Assembly: GCA_963702005.1 (NCBI GenBank)
Contig: OY969696.1
Coordinates: 2,368,001 to 2,432,000, forward strand
DNA length: 64,000 bases
Source: Candidatus Aminicenantes bacterium
GTDB lineage: Bacteria > Acidobacteriota > Aminicenantia > Aminicenantales > JAFGBC01
Direction of reading: 5' to 3'
In this document: piece by piece, positions 8,883 through 18,049 of the stretch
Numbering within the stretch: the stretch's first letter is position 1
Layout: every line of letters begins with the position of its first letter
The notes under the pieces: model-generated
What the model saw: the letters and a program-made list of their open reading frames with translations, nothing else
Databases searched by the model: none
Told to the model about the DNA's origin: nothing
Position numbers and translations under genes: made by a program

Positions 8883-10226
8883 CTAAGTAACGAGGGATCG
8901 GACGACTCGGAAGGAAGGGTCGCCCGCGCCCGGGATCTCGGAGACGGCGTCGACCGAGAGGCCGACGGCCGGCCCCAGGATCGCGGCCAGCGCGGCGGCG
9001 GCCTTTTCCTTCAAAGCCTCTCTGCCGACGTCCGTCGCCGCCCCTCTTCCGGGAACGATGAGAATCCTGACCTTGTCGCGCGCATCCTGGATGACTTGAA
9101 AAGCCGCGATACCGTCGATGGCTTCCAGCGCGAGCGTCAGGCTGTAGGGATGAACGGTCCTTCCGTCCGGCAGCCGGAACGTCTCGGGCCTCCGTCCCTT
9201 GATGCGGGCAAGGCGCGGCCAGTGATTTCCGCAGGGGCACGGTTCCGGCGCGAAGGCGGCTCGATCCCCCAAGCCCGCATAGCGGATGATCGGCGTCGAA
9301 CGGTTCCAGAGATCTGTGACGACGACGTCGCCCTCGGACCCGGGCGGGGCCGGCCGTCCGTCGCGGAGGATTTCGAGAATGACCTCGTTGGCCTGGACAT
9401 GGAGGCCTTTATGCGATCCGCATTCGATGGCGATCGAGACGGCCTCGACGCTGGCATAGATATTGAAGATCTCCCCGGCGAAGACCTCGCCGGCGGTCTT
9501 GCGCATTTCGGACGTCAGGGGCTCGGCCGAGACCGCCCAGGCCGCCGGCTGATAAGGCGGCGAACCTCCGCTCCGCTTGAGGACTTCCTCGGTAAGGAGC
9601 ATGAGAACGCTGGGGTAGCTGAAGACGATATCGGGCCTGGTTCGGTTTAGAGCGGCCAGGATCTCCGCCGGATTCGTCCGGGCGTCGATGAAGCTCCAGA
9701 TCCCGGGAAGGAGTCTGAGGAATCCGGGACTGGATTCCGTAATGGCCAGTTCGATCGATTCGTGGTCGACCGCGAAGACGGCCAGGATTCGGGGGAAGCG
9801 CGGCCTGTTCCAGCGCAGCTTGAGCGCCATGGGCAGCGCGATTTTCAGGAGCGCGTGGCGGGCAAGGAGGGCGCGGTCCTTGAAGACCGTGAGGGGGACG
9901 CCCGTCGATCCCGATGTCTTGACGGGGCGGAACCGGCGGGACGACAGGGAGGCGTCCAGGATATCGCCCGGAGCGCTTTGGGCGAGCTCGCGCTTGGTCA
10001 GGAGGGGAAGCCGGCTCAGGTCGTCGAGGGAACGAATCTCCTCCGGGCGGAGGCCGGCCTCGTCGTATTTTCGCCGATAGAGGTGGACGTTTGTATAGGC
10101 GGTTCTGACCAAGTTTCTGAGCATCCGGCCTTGCCATTCCCGGATGAAACCTTCGTCGGTCTTTCTTCTCGTCCCGAGGATGGCGGCGATTTGACGTCCC
10201 CACCTCGCATAGTCGCGCGGCGTCAT
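8883..10226 (-). CDS. phenylacetate-CoA ligase-like (PaaK/F390-synthetase family) adenylating enzyme
   Basis: KTSGSTGVP, YASVE, VVTDLWN...PIIRY..GD and CPCG motifs; C-terminal FQVIQ. Confidence 0.85.
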   Translation of the reverse strand: MTPRDYARWGRQIAAILGTRRKTDEGFIREWQGRMLRNLVRTAYTNVHLYRRKYDEAGLRPEEIRSLDDLSRLPLLTKRELAQSAPGDILDASLSSRRFRPVKTSGSTGVPLTVFKDRALLARHALLKIALPMALKLRWNRPRFPRILAVFAVDHESIELAITESSPGFLRLLPGIWSFIDARTNPAEILAALNRTRPDIVFSYPSVLMLLTEEVLKRSGGSPPYQPAAWAVSAEPLTSEMRKTAGEVFAGEIFNIYASVEAVSIAIECGSHKGLHVQANEVILEILRDGRPAPPGSEGDVVVTDLWNRSTPIIRYAGLGDRAAFAPEPCPCGNHWPRLARIKGRRPETFRLPDGRTVHPYSLTLALEAIDGIAAFQVIQDARDKVRILIVPGRGAATDVGREALKEKAAAALAAILGPAVGLSVDAVSEIPGAGDPSFRVVRSLVT

Positions 10227-11431
10227 GCGTTTTTCCCATCGACGGTGGGGCGCAGGACATTTTTTTTAAAGTGGGATTGGAAGGCCGGTCTGAAGAGCCG
10301 CCGGACGAGGACGGATGCCCATCCGGTGGACAGCCCGCCCGGAATGAATCGTCTTGGGAATCGTTCGGCATTCCGCTTGACGAGGAGGAACCGTTCGGCG
10401 GCCAGCTGGCGGGCGCAGTCCTCGAGCGGCATCCGTTCCCGGGCCGCCCTCTCCAGAAGGGAGCGGACGATCGCGCCGTAGCGGCTTCGGATGAAGGAGT
10501 CCGCGAATCGGGCGTCGCCGATGACGGCGTCCAGGGCCGTGCCGACGACTCCTCCGCAGTTGGCGACGAAGTCGGGAACAGCCAGGATCTTTTTTTCGGC
10601 CAGGATACGCCCGGCCTCCTCCGTCCAGGCCAGGTTGGCGCCGGGCACGATCAGCCGGGCGGCGATCCGGCCGGCATTGGCGCCGTTGATCGAGAAGGGC
10701 CTGGCGCAGGGCGCGAGGATATCAACCTCGAGTTCGAGGAGCTCCTCGCGCTCGATCCGGACGGCCTTCCCGAGCTCCTGGATCAGGCCCGAGCCCGCCT
10801 TTTCGGACGCGGCATGGAGCTCGGAGAAGTCGAATCCCCGTTCACGATAAATGGCGCCTCGCTTCGTCGAAAGGGCGACAATCTTGACCCCCAGCGAAGC
10901 CAGGACAGCCGCGGCGGCGCTCCCGACCGCTCCGAAGCCTTCAATGGCGGCGGTCAGGCCGTCCACCCCGAAACCGAGAAACCGGGCAGCCTCGGCCGCT
11001 GCCAAGCCGACCGTAAGTCCCGTCCAGGCACCCGAGTCGATAGGACCGAATAGCCGCTTTCGTCCGGCCGCCCGCAGCAGGCTCTCGATATCCCGGCCGG
11101 TCGTCCCCATATCGGTCCAGGGAAGATAGCGGATGTCGCCCGCAAGTGACCTCAAGCCTCGTCCGAAGGCTTCCAGGGATTGTCTTTTAGCTTCGGCGGG
11201 CATCTCGGGGTCCGCGATGATCCCGGCCTTGGCGCCGCCCAGCGGCAGGCCGACGAATCCGTACTTCAGCGTCATAAGGCGCGCCAATCCCGCCACTTCA
11301 TCGGCCGTAACGTCCGGGTCCATCCGAACGCCGCCGCAGCAGGTTCCGTTGACGGTCGAATCGACCGCGATGAAGCCGAGAAGGCGGGACCTCTCGTCCC
11401 GGATTTCATGGAGGCTGGGGTCTTGGATCAC
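10223..11431 (-). CDS. Glu/Leu/Phe/Val dehydrogenase family protein
   Basis: GGVRM, MTLKY...GGAKAG, DMGT, IEGFGAVG, DILAPCA, GAN and PDFVANCGGV motifs. Its stop overlaps the start of the CoA ligase (ATGA). Confidence 0.88.
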   Translation of the reverse strand: MIQDPSLHEIRDERSRLLGFIAVDSTVNGTCCGGVRMDPDVTADEVAGLARLMTLKYGFVGLPLGGAKAGIIADPEMPAEAKRQSLEAFGRGLRSLAGDIRYLPWTDMGTTGRDIESLLRAAGRKRLFGPIDSGAWTGLTVGLAAAEAARFLGFGVDGLTAAIEGFGAVGSAAAAVLASLGVKIVALSTKRGAIYRERGFDFSELHAASEKAGSGLIQELGKAVRIEREELLELEVDILAPCARPFSINGANAGRIAARLIVPGANLAWTEEAGRILAEKKILAVPDFVANCGGVVGTALDAVIGDARFADSFIRSRYGAIVRSLLERAARERMPLEDCARQLAAERFLLVKRNAERFPRRFIPGGLSTGWASVLVRRLFRPAFQSHFKKNVLRPTVDGKNA

Positions 11432-11621
11432 GGCGGACTTTCCCTACGGGCCTCATGCTATCTCAGAAGATCAAGATCGTCAATTCGGCGAAGCGGCATC
11501 GGCTGAATCCGCTCGAGGAAGTCGGACGGTTGAGGAGGTCGGGAGCGGAACGCACGATCACGAACGGCTTTTAAGAAAGGCGGCATTGTGACATAATTAT
11601 ACTCATAGATGGAGGCATGCC

Positions 11622-11993
11622 ATGAGACTCGGGGGAGCCCTGGTCGGATTGCTGGTGGTCGTGGTCATCATTTATGCCCTGTTGTTCATGAAAACTGGCC
11701 AGAAGAGCCATATCGAGGCGGCGGAGGACGCGCTCTCCAAGGCCGGGATCGTCACGACGCAGGCGAACCTGTCCCAACTCGAAAAAGTCGTCGAGTCCTT
11801 CGTCGCCGGCGAGGGCCGCTCTCCGGAGGGCTGGCAGGAAATGAGGTCTCTCCGCTATATCATGACCGGGACGATCGACGGCTGGGGGCGGACCGTCCGC
11901 TACGAAAAAACCTCAGAGACGGGCTTCCGGCTCGTCTCGGCCGGGCCGGACGGCCGCTTCGATACGGCCGACGACATCACCGTCGAGGATTGA
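11622..11993 (+). CDS. GspG/pseudopilin-like small membrane-anchored protein
   Basis: N-terminal hydrophobic helix; C-terminal DGWGR..RY...LVSAGPDG.F.T.DDI motif typical of T2SS G domains. Confidence 0.72.
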   Translation: MRLGGALVGLLVVVVIIYALLFMKTGQKSHIEAAEDALSKAGIVTTQANLSQLEKVVESFVAGEGRSPEGWQEMRSLRYIMTGTIDGWGRTVRYEKTSETGFRLVSAGPDGRFDTADDITVED

Positions 11994-12008
11994 CATGGGG
12001 CGGGAATT

Positions 12009-12037
12009 TTGACTTTGCCCGGGGACTATGGTATAAA
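12009..12037 (+). promoter_or_regulatory. sigma70 promoter with extended -10
   Basis: TTGACT-17 nt-TATAAA with TG at the extended -10 position, upstream of 12111. Confidence 0.65.
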
Positions 12038-12110
12038 AATTAAGATTTCCCATGAACGCCCTAACCTTACTGTCTGAGGAAGGGCAATCCATCTCACTCA
12101 AGGAGGAGGG

Positions 12111-13088
12111 ATGAGAAAAGCGCTCGCAATCATCATCCTGGTGCTGGTGGCCTTCGTCGGGGTTTCTTCGGCTAAGGCAACCGTCCTTAAGGTCAAGGTT
12201 CAGACGGCCAACGTCCGGTCGGAGCCGGATACGTCGGCCTCCGTCGTCGCCCAACTCAAGGTCGGAACCCTGATCGAAGCCAGGTCCAAGGTCGACTCCT
12301 GGTATGAGATCTCCGTCACGGGCAAGAACGGCGAGGAGATCGTCGGCTACATCCACGCCAGCGTCGTCGAAATCGTCGGCGGCGAAACCCCCGCGCCCCA
12401 GGAACCCCGGCCGGCTCGAACGGAACCGGCTCGCGAGGTTTCCAAACCCGCGCCGAGCTACGCCCGGGCCGCCGCCCCGTCCGGCGCCAAGAAGTTCAAG
12501 ATCATGGCCGGGTTGGCCATGGCCAACCAAAGGCTGGACAGCGACAGCCAAAAAGCTATCGATGATAGCGGCCTGACCAAGGGCAATTTGATGGGGATCG
12601 GAGCCGGCGTCGGCTACGAATTCAGCCTGTCCCAGAATCTGTTCCTCGAGTTGGACGGCTTTTTCGTCCCGGGCGGCGTGAAAGTCTCCGGCAAGTACTT
12701 AGGCACGGACATTGTGGCGAAGACGCACGGCAGTGCCGTCGGCGCCGGCCTGCTCGGCAAGTTCAAGTTCATGCCGGAGGGCTCCACGCCCTATGCCATG
12801 GTCGGCGCGGATGTCGGCTACGTCCTGTCCATGAAGGCGAAGACGGACAGCGGCTCGGAAAAAGGAACGGACGAGGACATTCTCAAGAACATCAACCGGA
12901 TGTACTACGGCATCGACCTGGGGATCGGGTACGAGCTCGAGTTGAGCGGCATGACCTTCGTCATCGAGGGCCGCTATCTGATGGGGCTCAGCAATATGCT
13001 CAAGAAGCCCGCCGAGGTCGCGGACAAGGATTGGAAGAGCTACGCCAAGCCCACGACCATGGGCTTCATGGTCGGCATCAAGCTCTAA
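12111..13088 (+). CDS. SH3b-domain plus outer-membrane beta-barrel protein
   Basis: Signal peptide, ANVRSEP...WYEI...GYIH (SH3b), a Pro/Ala linker and alternating beta strands ending in GFMVGIKL. Strong GGAGGAGG RBS. Confidence 0.8.
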   Translation: MRKALAIIILVLVAFVGVSSAKATVLKVKVQTANVRSEPDTSASVVAQLKVGTLIEARSKVDSWYEISVTGKNGEEIVGYIHASVVEIVGGETPAPQEPRPARTEPAREVSKPAPSYARAAAPSGAKKFKIMAGLAMANQRLDSDSQKAIDDSGLTKGNLMGIGAGVGYEFSLSQNLFLELDGFFVPGGVKVSGKYLGTDIVAKTHGSAVGAGLLGKFKFMPEGSTPYAMVGADVGYVLSMKAKTDSGSEKGTDEDILKNINRMYYGIDLGIGYELELSGMTFVIEGRYLMGLSNMLKKPAEVADKDWKSYAKPTTMGFMVGIKL

Positions 13089-13116
13089 GAACCGGCTAGA
13101 GATCCAACGCACGTTC

Positions 13117-13149
13117 AGGGGTGAGGGCCGAAAGGCTTTCACCCCTTTT
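13117..13149 (+). terminator. rho-independent terminator
   Basis: AGGGGTGAGGGCC-GAAA-GGCTTTCACCCCT hairpin followed by TTT, between convergent genes. Confidence 0.75.
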
Positions 13150-13205
13150 CTATTTTAAAGACCAAGGACGGCCGCCGGACCTCGGCGACCGTCCGGAGCG
13201 CCCGC

Positions 13206-14354
13206 TCAGGGGAGGTGGTCGGCAAGCTCGGGGTCGAACCTGGGGCCGACCTCGCGGCGGAACCGTTCGAGCTTGCCGCGCAGCCCGTCGCGGCCGAGCT
13301 TTCTCATCCGGGCAACCGGACCTTCGGTCATGCCCAGGGCGTCCTGAACTCCGAAATCGAGGTCGTCGGCTTCGGCCCTTCCCAAGGAAAGGATGAATAG
13401 CGTGGCTGCCATGATGACGAGGTTCAGACGCTCGAGGCAATCCTTCCCCCTAGACGGCCCCGGCGAATGACGCTGTCCGGGATCGACGTAATAGTCGAGG
13501 GGGCTTTGGCCGGGCGACTCCCCGCTATAGAGAAAGACGCCCCGGCCCGCGTCCCGTCCGGTTCGGCCGTCGGCCAAGAGCTTGGGGACGAGCGCGGGCA
13601 GCGGGATGTTTGGGGGCCTGATCTCCGAGGTCCGGTCGAAAACGTCGCGGAAGAAAGCGATACCGACCGTGTCCAGGGCTTCGCAGGGACCGACCCGGAA
13701 TTCGCGCTCGGCCAGCCGGTCGATGTCTCCGGGTAGGGCCAGGCCCTGCTCCAGGATGTAGAGGGCCTCGCAGGAATAGCAGCCGATGATGGGGTTGAGG
13801 ACGGATCCGGGGCAGTCCTTGACGATGAGGGGGCGGCGTCCGAGACGGGCGCTGACGTCGGCGGCGATCTCGAGCGCCCGGGACGAAAGGCCGTCCCAGC
13901 GGATGATCTCGATCGTCGAGGTCAAAAGGACCGGGTTGATGAAATGAAACCCGCAAAATCGTTCGCCCCTGGCCAGGGCTCCGGCCAGGCGGGCCAGGGA
14001 AAATGAGGATGTGTTGGAGGCGATGACCGCGTCCGGAGCGACCAGGGATTCCACGGTCCCGAGGACCCCCGCTTTGAGGTCGAAATCCTCGGGGAGGCAT
14101 TCGATGATGAACCCGCAATCCGTCAGGACGGCCGGGTCCGTCGAGAACAGGATTTTTCGGTTCCGCGCCTCGTCCCGGCCGGGGACCGCTATCCCCTGGC
14201 GAACACGCCTCTCGAGCCGCCTCGCATACCGGTCCTGGCAGCGGGCGGCTTGTTGCGGGGTCCGGACGACGACGGCGAGATCGAATCCCGCCGCGTCGAA
14301 AAGGTTGAAGGCGCTTTGTCCCATCTTGCCGTAGCCGATGATCCCTACCTTCAT
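13206..14354 (-). CDS. 3-hydroxyacyl-CoA dehydrogenase family protein
   Basis: MKVGIIGYGKMG Rossmann motif, IIECLPED, ASNTSS, GFHFINP, GPCEALDTVG and a duplicated C-terminal domain. RBS GAGGAGG precedes ATG 14354. Confidence 0.88.
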   Translation of the reverse strand: MKVGIIGYGKMGQSAFNLFDAAGFDLAVVVRTPQQAARCQDRYARRLERRVRQGIAVPGRDEARNRKILFSTDPAVLTDCGFIIECLPEDFDLKAGVLGTVESLVAPDAVIASNTSSFSLARLAGALARGERFCGFHFINPVLLTSTIEIIRWDGLSSRALEIAADVSARLGRRPLIVKDCPGSVLNPIIGCYSCEALYILEQGLALPGDIDRLAEREFRVGPCEALDTVGIAFFRDVFDRTSEIRPPNIPLPALVPKLLADGRTGRDAGRGVFLYSGESPGQSPLDYYVDPGQRHSPGPSRGKDCLERLNLVIMAATLFILSLGRAEADDLDFGVQDALGMTEGPVARMRKLGRDGLRGKLERFRREVGPRFDPELADHLP

Positions 14355-14400
14355 CGGGGCCTCCTCCCCGACGGCGGCGCCTGCGCTGCCGACCCTGCCG

Positions 14401-15018
14401 TCAGCCGCCATACGCCCCGGAGATCTTGTCCAAGGATTTCCGGCCCGTCCGGACCTCGGGCTCGCCCGGCTCCGGATAGCCGACGGCCAGAAGAGCGGCA
14501 ATCGTGCCCCTGACCCCGAATTCTTGACTGAAGCGGCGGGCGAGGCTCTCGCCGGCCATGATCCAGACCATGCCCAGCCCCAGGGCTTGGGCCATGAGCC
14601 ACATGTTTTCGACGGCGCAGGCGACCGCGTCCTGCTCGGCGCGGACGTAGTTTTTGTAGTAGAGGCGTCCGATCAATCCCTGGATTTTCTTGAGGCGGCC
14701 CGAGAGGTGGCCCATGTTCCAGACGGCGATGACATGCGGGGCTTCCTTCAGGATCCGGGCCGCGTCGGCGGCGATCGCCCGGAAGCCGGGGATTTGAATG
14801 CTCCGGACGCGCGAGGCGATGATCCGTCCGGCTTTCTCCGTGTCCGCGCCCGAGATGACCAGGAAATACCAAGGCTGAGAGTTGGTGGGGGAGGGGGCGA
14901 GCCGACCCGCGTCCAGGACTTCGCGGAGGAGCCCGGCCGGAACCGGCTCGGGCTTGAAACGGCGGATGCTCCGTCGTTCCGCGAGAATACTCTTAAGCGC
15001 GGCGGCCCTCGGGTTCAC
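14401..15018 (-). CDS. nitroreductase-family flavoprotein
   Basis: RRSIRRF, APSPTNSQPWYF, AVENMWLMAQALGLG and AVGYP motifs. GTG start overlaps the fabF stop. Confidence 0.88.
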   Translation of the reverse strand: MNPRAAALKSILAERRSIRRFKPEPVPAGLLREVLDAGRLAPSPTNSQPWYFLVISGADTEKAGRIIASRVRSIQIPGFRAIAADAARILKEAPHVIAVWNMGHLSGRLKKIQGLIGRLYYKNYVRAEQDAVACAVENMWLMAQALGLGMVWIMAGESLARRFSQEFGVRGTIAALLAVGYPEPGEPEVRTGRKSLDKISGAYGG

Positions 15019-16256
15019 GGTGCTTTCTCCAGGACCAGGGAACAGTTGTGGCCGCCGAACCCGAAGGAATTCGAAAGGGCCGCCTTCAGGTCCGGGGCCG
15101 GACGGGCCCGGTTGGGGACGTAGTCGAGATCGCAATCCGGGTCCGGCTCCCGATAGTTGATGGTCGGCGGAATGATCCCTTCGTGGAGGGCGAGGGCCGT
15201 GGCCGCGCACTCGATGGCGCCCGCCCCGCCGATCGTGTGTCCGATCATGGATTTCTGGGAGGAGACGGCCAGATGGGCGGCGTGGGCCCCGAAGACTTGC
15301 TTGATGGCGACCGTCTCGCTCAGGTCGTTGTGGCGGGTCGAGGTCCCGTGGGCGTTGATGTAGCCGACGGCTTGGGGCGGAAGGCTGGCGTCCTCGAGAG
15401 CCGAGGTCATGGCTCGGGCGATCTCCTTGCCGCTGGGCTCGGGCGCCACGATGTTGTAGGCTTCCGAAACGATACCGACGCCGGTCAGGACGGCATAGAT
15501 CCTCGCCTCCCGGCGGCGGGCCGCCTCCAGGGACTCGAGGACGAGGGCCGCCCCGCCGTTGGCCAGAACGAATCCGCCGCGCCGGTTGTCGAAGGGGCAG
15601 GACGCCTCTTCGGGCGCGCTGTTGTTTTCGGACAGGGCCAGGAGCTCGCTGAATCCTTGGATGCTCTGCCGGTTGAGCATCATGTCGGCGCCCAGGACGA
15701 CGGCCGCGTCGCCCCGTCCGGCCCGGATGAAGTCGATGCCGGCCGCGATGGCGAACGCGCCCGAAGCGCAGGCCGCGGCGACATTGTAGGTCGGTCCCTT
15801 GAGCCCGTACTTGATCGAGATCCAGGCCGAGATGGCGTTGACCATTTCCTTGACGATGAGATATTTGACGCCGTTCCCCTGGACCAGCTCTTGGCCTTCC
15901 TGGAGAAGGGACTGGCTGCAGCCTGAGATGACGGCGACGCGGTAGGGGTCGAACGGCGAGGCGAGGATGCGGCTGTCCTGGAGGGCTTCCTTGGCGCACA
16001 GGAAGCCGAGCCTGGCCGGAGGCAGGGTTTGGTTCCGAAGACGGCGGGGGAACTCGGCCTCTTCCAGCTTATAATAAGCGTCGGGGAGTTCCCCTCCGAT
16101 CCGGGTCGCCAGCCCTTCCGTGTCGAAGCGGGTGATCCTCCGGATCCCCGAGCGGGCTTCGCGCATCCCCTTCCAGGTCGAAGCGGCGTCGGGTCCGAGA
16201 GGCGTGATCATGCCGACGCCGGTAACGGCCACGGAAGGAATCCCGAGACGGGCCAT
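15015..16256 (-). CDS. fabF: beta-ketoacyl-ACP synthase II
   Basis: VTGVGMITPLG, catalytic AACASG, NAHGTST and KSMIGH, SNSFGFGGHN. Confidence 0.88.
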   Translation of the reverse strand: MARLGIPSVAVTGVGMITPLGPDAASTWKGMREARSGIRRITRFDTEGLATRIGGELPDAYYKLEEAEFPRRLRNQTLPPARLGFLCAKEALQDSRILASPFDPYRVAVISGCSQSLLQEGQELVQGNGVKYLIVKEMVNAISAWISIKYGLKGPTYNVAAACASGAFAIAAGIDFIRAGRGDAAVVLGADMMLNRQSIQGFSELLALSENNSAPEEASCPFDNRRGGFVLANGGAALVLESLEAARRREARIYAVLTGVGIVSEAYNIVAPEPSGKEIARAMTSALEDASLPPQAVGYINAHGTSTRHNDLSETVAIKQVFGAHAAHLAVSSQKSMIGHTIGGAGAIECAATALALHEGIIPPTINYREPDPDCDLDYVPNRARPAPDLKAALSNSFGFGGHNCSLVLEKAP

Positions 16257-16567
16257 CAGGCGGTTCCTTCGATGATGCCTTCGCCCTTTTCCACAATATC
16301 GTAGACGGCTTGGGCCGTCTCGCTCACCGTCCGGATCGGGTGCTTTTGGAAGTATTTCCCGATGACCCGGATTTCGATCGTGACGCTGAACTTTTTCTTG
16401 AACTCCTCGATGAGCTCGAGGTAGATGATGGAGTCCCCGCCCAGGTCGTCGATGATTCTCGTCTGCGGCTCGATCTTGTCAAGGGGGATGCCCAGCTCAT
16501 CGGACAGGAACTGGCGGATGTGCTCGTAGATCTGCTTTTTTTCGTCTTCGCTGAGGACGCGGTTCAT
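16256..16567 (-). CDS. acyl carrier protein (long, 103 aa)
   Basis: DLGGDSI phosphopantetheine serine motif; acidic helical protein located between the PPTase and fabF. Confidence 0.85.
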   Translation of the reverse strand: MNRVLSEDEKKQIYEHIRQFLSDELGIPLDKIEPQTRIIDDLGGDSIIYLELIEEFKKKFSVTIEIRVIGKYFQKHPIRTVSETAQAVYDIVEKGEGIIEGTA

Positions 16568-17280
16568 GAATGACTCCTTTCAAACAACCAGGCGACGGCC
16601 AGAACCCAGCCGGGCCCGACGCGATAGCGACCGGACAGGACGCGGCCGTCTCCGCTTTCGATGCGGCAGAGCGTCCCTTCGACCCGACGGACCGCGCTGT
16701 TCAGGGCTCCTCCCAGGCCGGTCCCGAGCGCCTTGGACGCCGCTTCTTTGAGGGTCCAGAGGACGGCCCCTTGATCCGCGGCTTCAAGGTCCGGGTCCGC
16801 CTCGTCCTCGGGCCGGATGAAGGCCGAACACAGGCGGGCCCAACCGGCCGAACGCATCACCAGGTCGGCGCCGACTTGGACGCCCGAGGCGGGCATCCAG
16901 GCCGACAGGGCCAAGCGGCCCGCGTGGGATAGGGCGCAGTCGATTCGGGGCGCTCCGTCCCGCCGGGATCGAATCCTTAGCCGGGGCCGGCCTTGATCAT
17001 CCTTGCCGACCTCGCAGTCCTGCGGATTCCGGATGATCCGCTGCCTCAGGAGCGATTCTTTTAAGCAAACCCTGGCGGCCAGCCATTCCGTCTTCCTGCG
17101 CTCCGAGCCGAGACGGCCGCGCTCGGTCCTTTCGGCCGGCGTCAGATGGGTTTGTTCGCAATCCGAGAGTCCGGCCGCTTCATTCCATTCCAGGATGCCG
17201 ACGACGGTCTGATTTTCCAGCAGAGGCCAAGGCTGTGCGAAGTTAAAAATACGCGCCTTCGGGATCATCCTCAAAATCAT
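16564..17280 (-). CDS. Sfp-type 4'-phosphopantetheinyl transferase
   Basis: GRP, ALSHAG, VGADL and WTLKEAASKALGTGL motifs. Start is 17280 or 17268; the ORF-track N-terminus overlaps the hydratase and is spurious. Confidence 0.82.
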   Translation of the reverse strand: MILRMIPKARIFNFAQPWPLLENQTVVGILEWNEAAGLSDCEQTHLTPAERTERGRLGSERRKTEWLAARVCLKESLLRQRIIRNPQDCEVGKDDQGRPRLRIRSRRDGAPRIDCALSHAGRLALSAWMPASGVQVGADLVMRSAGWARLCSAFIRPEDEADPDLEAADQGAVLWTLKEAASKALGTGLGGALNSAVRRVEGTLCRIESGDGRVLSGRYRVGPGWVLAVAWLFERSHS

Positions 17281-17320
17281 ATTAGCATACTTCGGGGGAA
17301 GGTCCAACCCGCCGAAAGAA

Positions 17321-18049
17321 TCAGGATTTATTCGGGGGCGGGAAAGGAAGCAGGCGGATGAAGCTGTCGATGGCGTCCCCGATCCCGGCGTCGGCCGCGA
17401 CCTCCGGGATGAGCCCCAAGAGCCTGATCGTCTCCCGAAGGAGCTCGGGGTCGACCATGAGCAGAGTGCGGGCAAACGCCTTGACCCGGTCCAGGAAAGC
17501 GTCTCGGGGAAGGATCCGGTTGACGAGGTTGAGACGGTACGCTTCTTCGGCCGTGATGAGGTCTCCCAGGGCGATGAGCTCAAGGGCCTTGGCGCGGCCA
17601 ACGAGGGCGGCCAGCCTGGAAATCCCTCCCAGCCCGGGGAGGAGGCCGCTGGTGAGCTCCGGAAGCCCCATCCGGACCTTCGCGGCGCAGAGACGAAACT
17701 GGCAGGCCAGGGCGATCTCGAGCCCCCCGCCGAAGCAATGTCCGTTGATGGCCGCGATCGTCGGTTTCGTCGAACGGGCCAGCCTGGCCAGGACCCGGTT
17801 GCCCGCCTCAATGTCCCGGCGTGCTTCCTCGGCGCCCGTCCAGGACCGAATGACCTCAAGGTCGAAACCGTAGGAGAAGACGGCGCCGGTTCCGGTCACG
17901 ACGGCGGCGTCCATGCTCGAGTCGAGAAGGTCGAGGGCCTCGTCGAATTCCTCGAGGAGCGATGGGGTCAGCCGGTTCTCGGGGGGCCGGTCGAGAGCGA
18001 GGATCAGAAGGCCGCGCTCGCGGGTCAGATGGAGGAAACGGGCCCTCAC
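17321..18049 (-). CDS. enoyl-CoA hydratase/isomerase (crotonase) family protein
   Basis: FSYGFDL, KPTIAAINGHCFGGGLEIALAC, LPE...GLLPGLGG; both catalytic glutamates present. Confidence 0.9.
   Translation of the reverse strand: MRARFLHLTRERGLLILALDRPPENRLTPSLLEEFDEALDLLDSSMDAAVVTGTGAVFSYGFDLEVIRSWTGAEEARRDIEAGNRVLARLARSTKPTIAAINGHCFGGGLEIALACQFRLCAAKVRMGLPELTSGLLPGLGGISRLAALVGRAKALELIALGDLITAEEAYRLNLVNRILPRDAFLDRVKAFARTLLMVDPELLRETIRLLGLIPEVAADAGIGDAIDSFIRLLPFPPPNKS

Noticed and set aside
14401-17859. Long N-terminal extensions on the nitroreductase (532 aa) and PPTase (431 aa) ORFs
   Set aside because: Arg/Pro-rich alternative frames overlapping fabF and the crotonase; an artefact of high GC.
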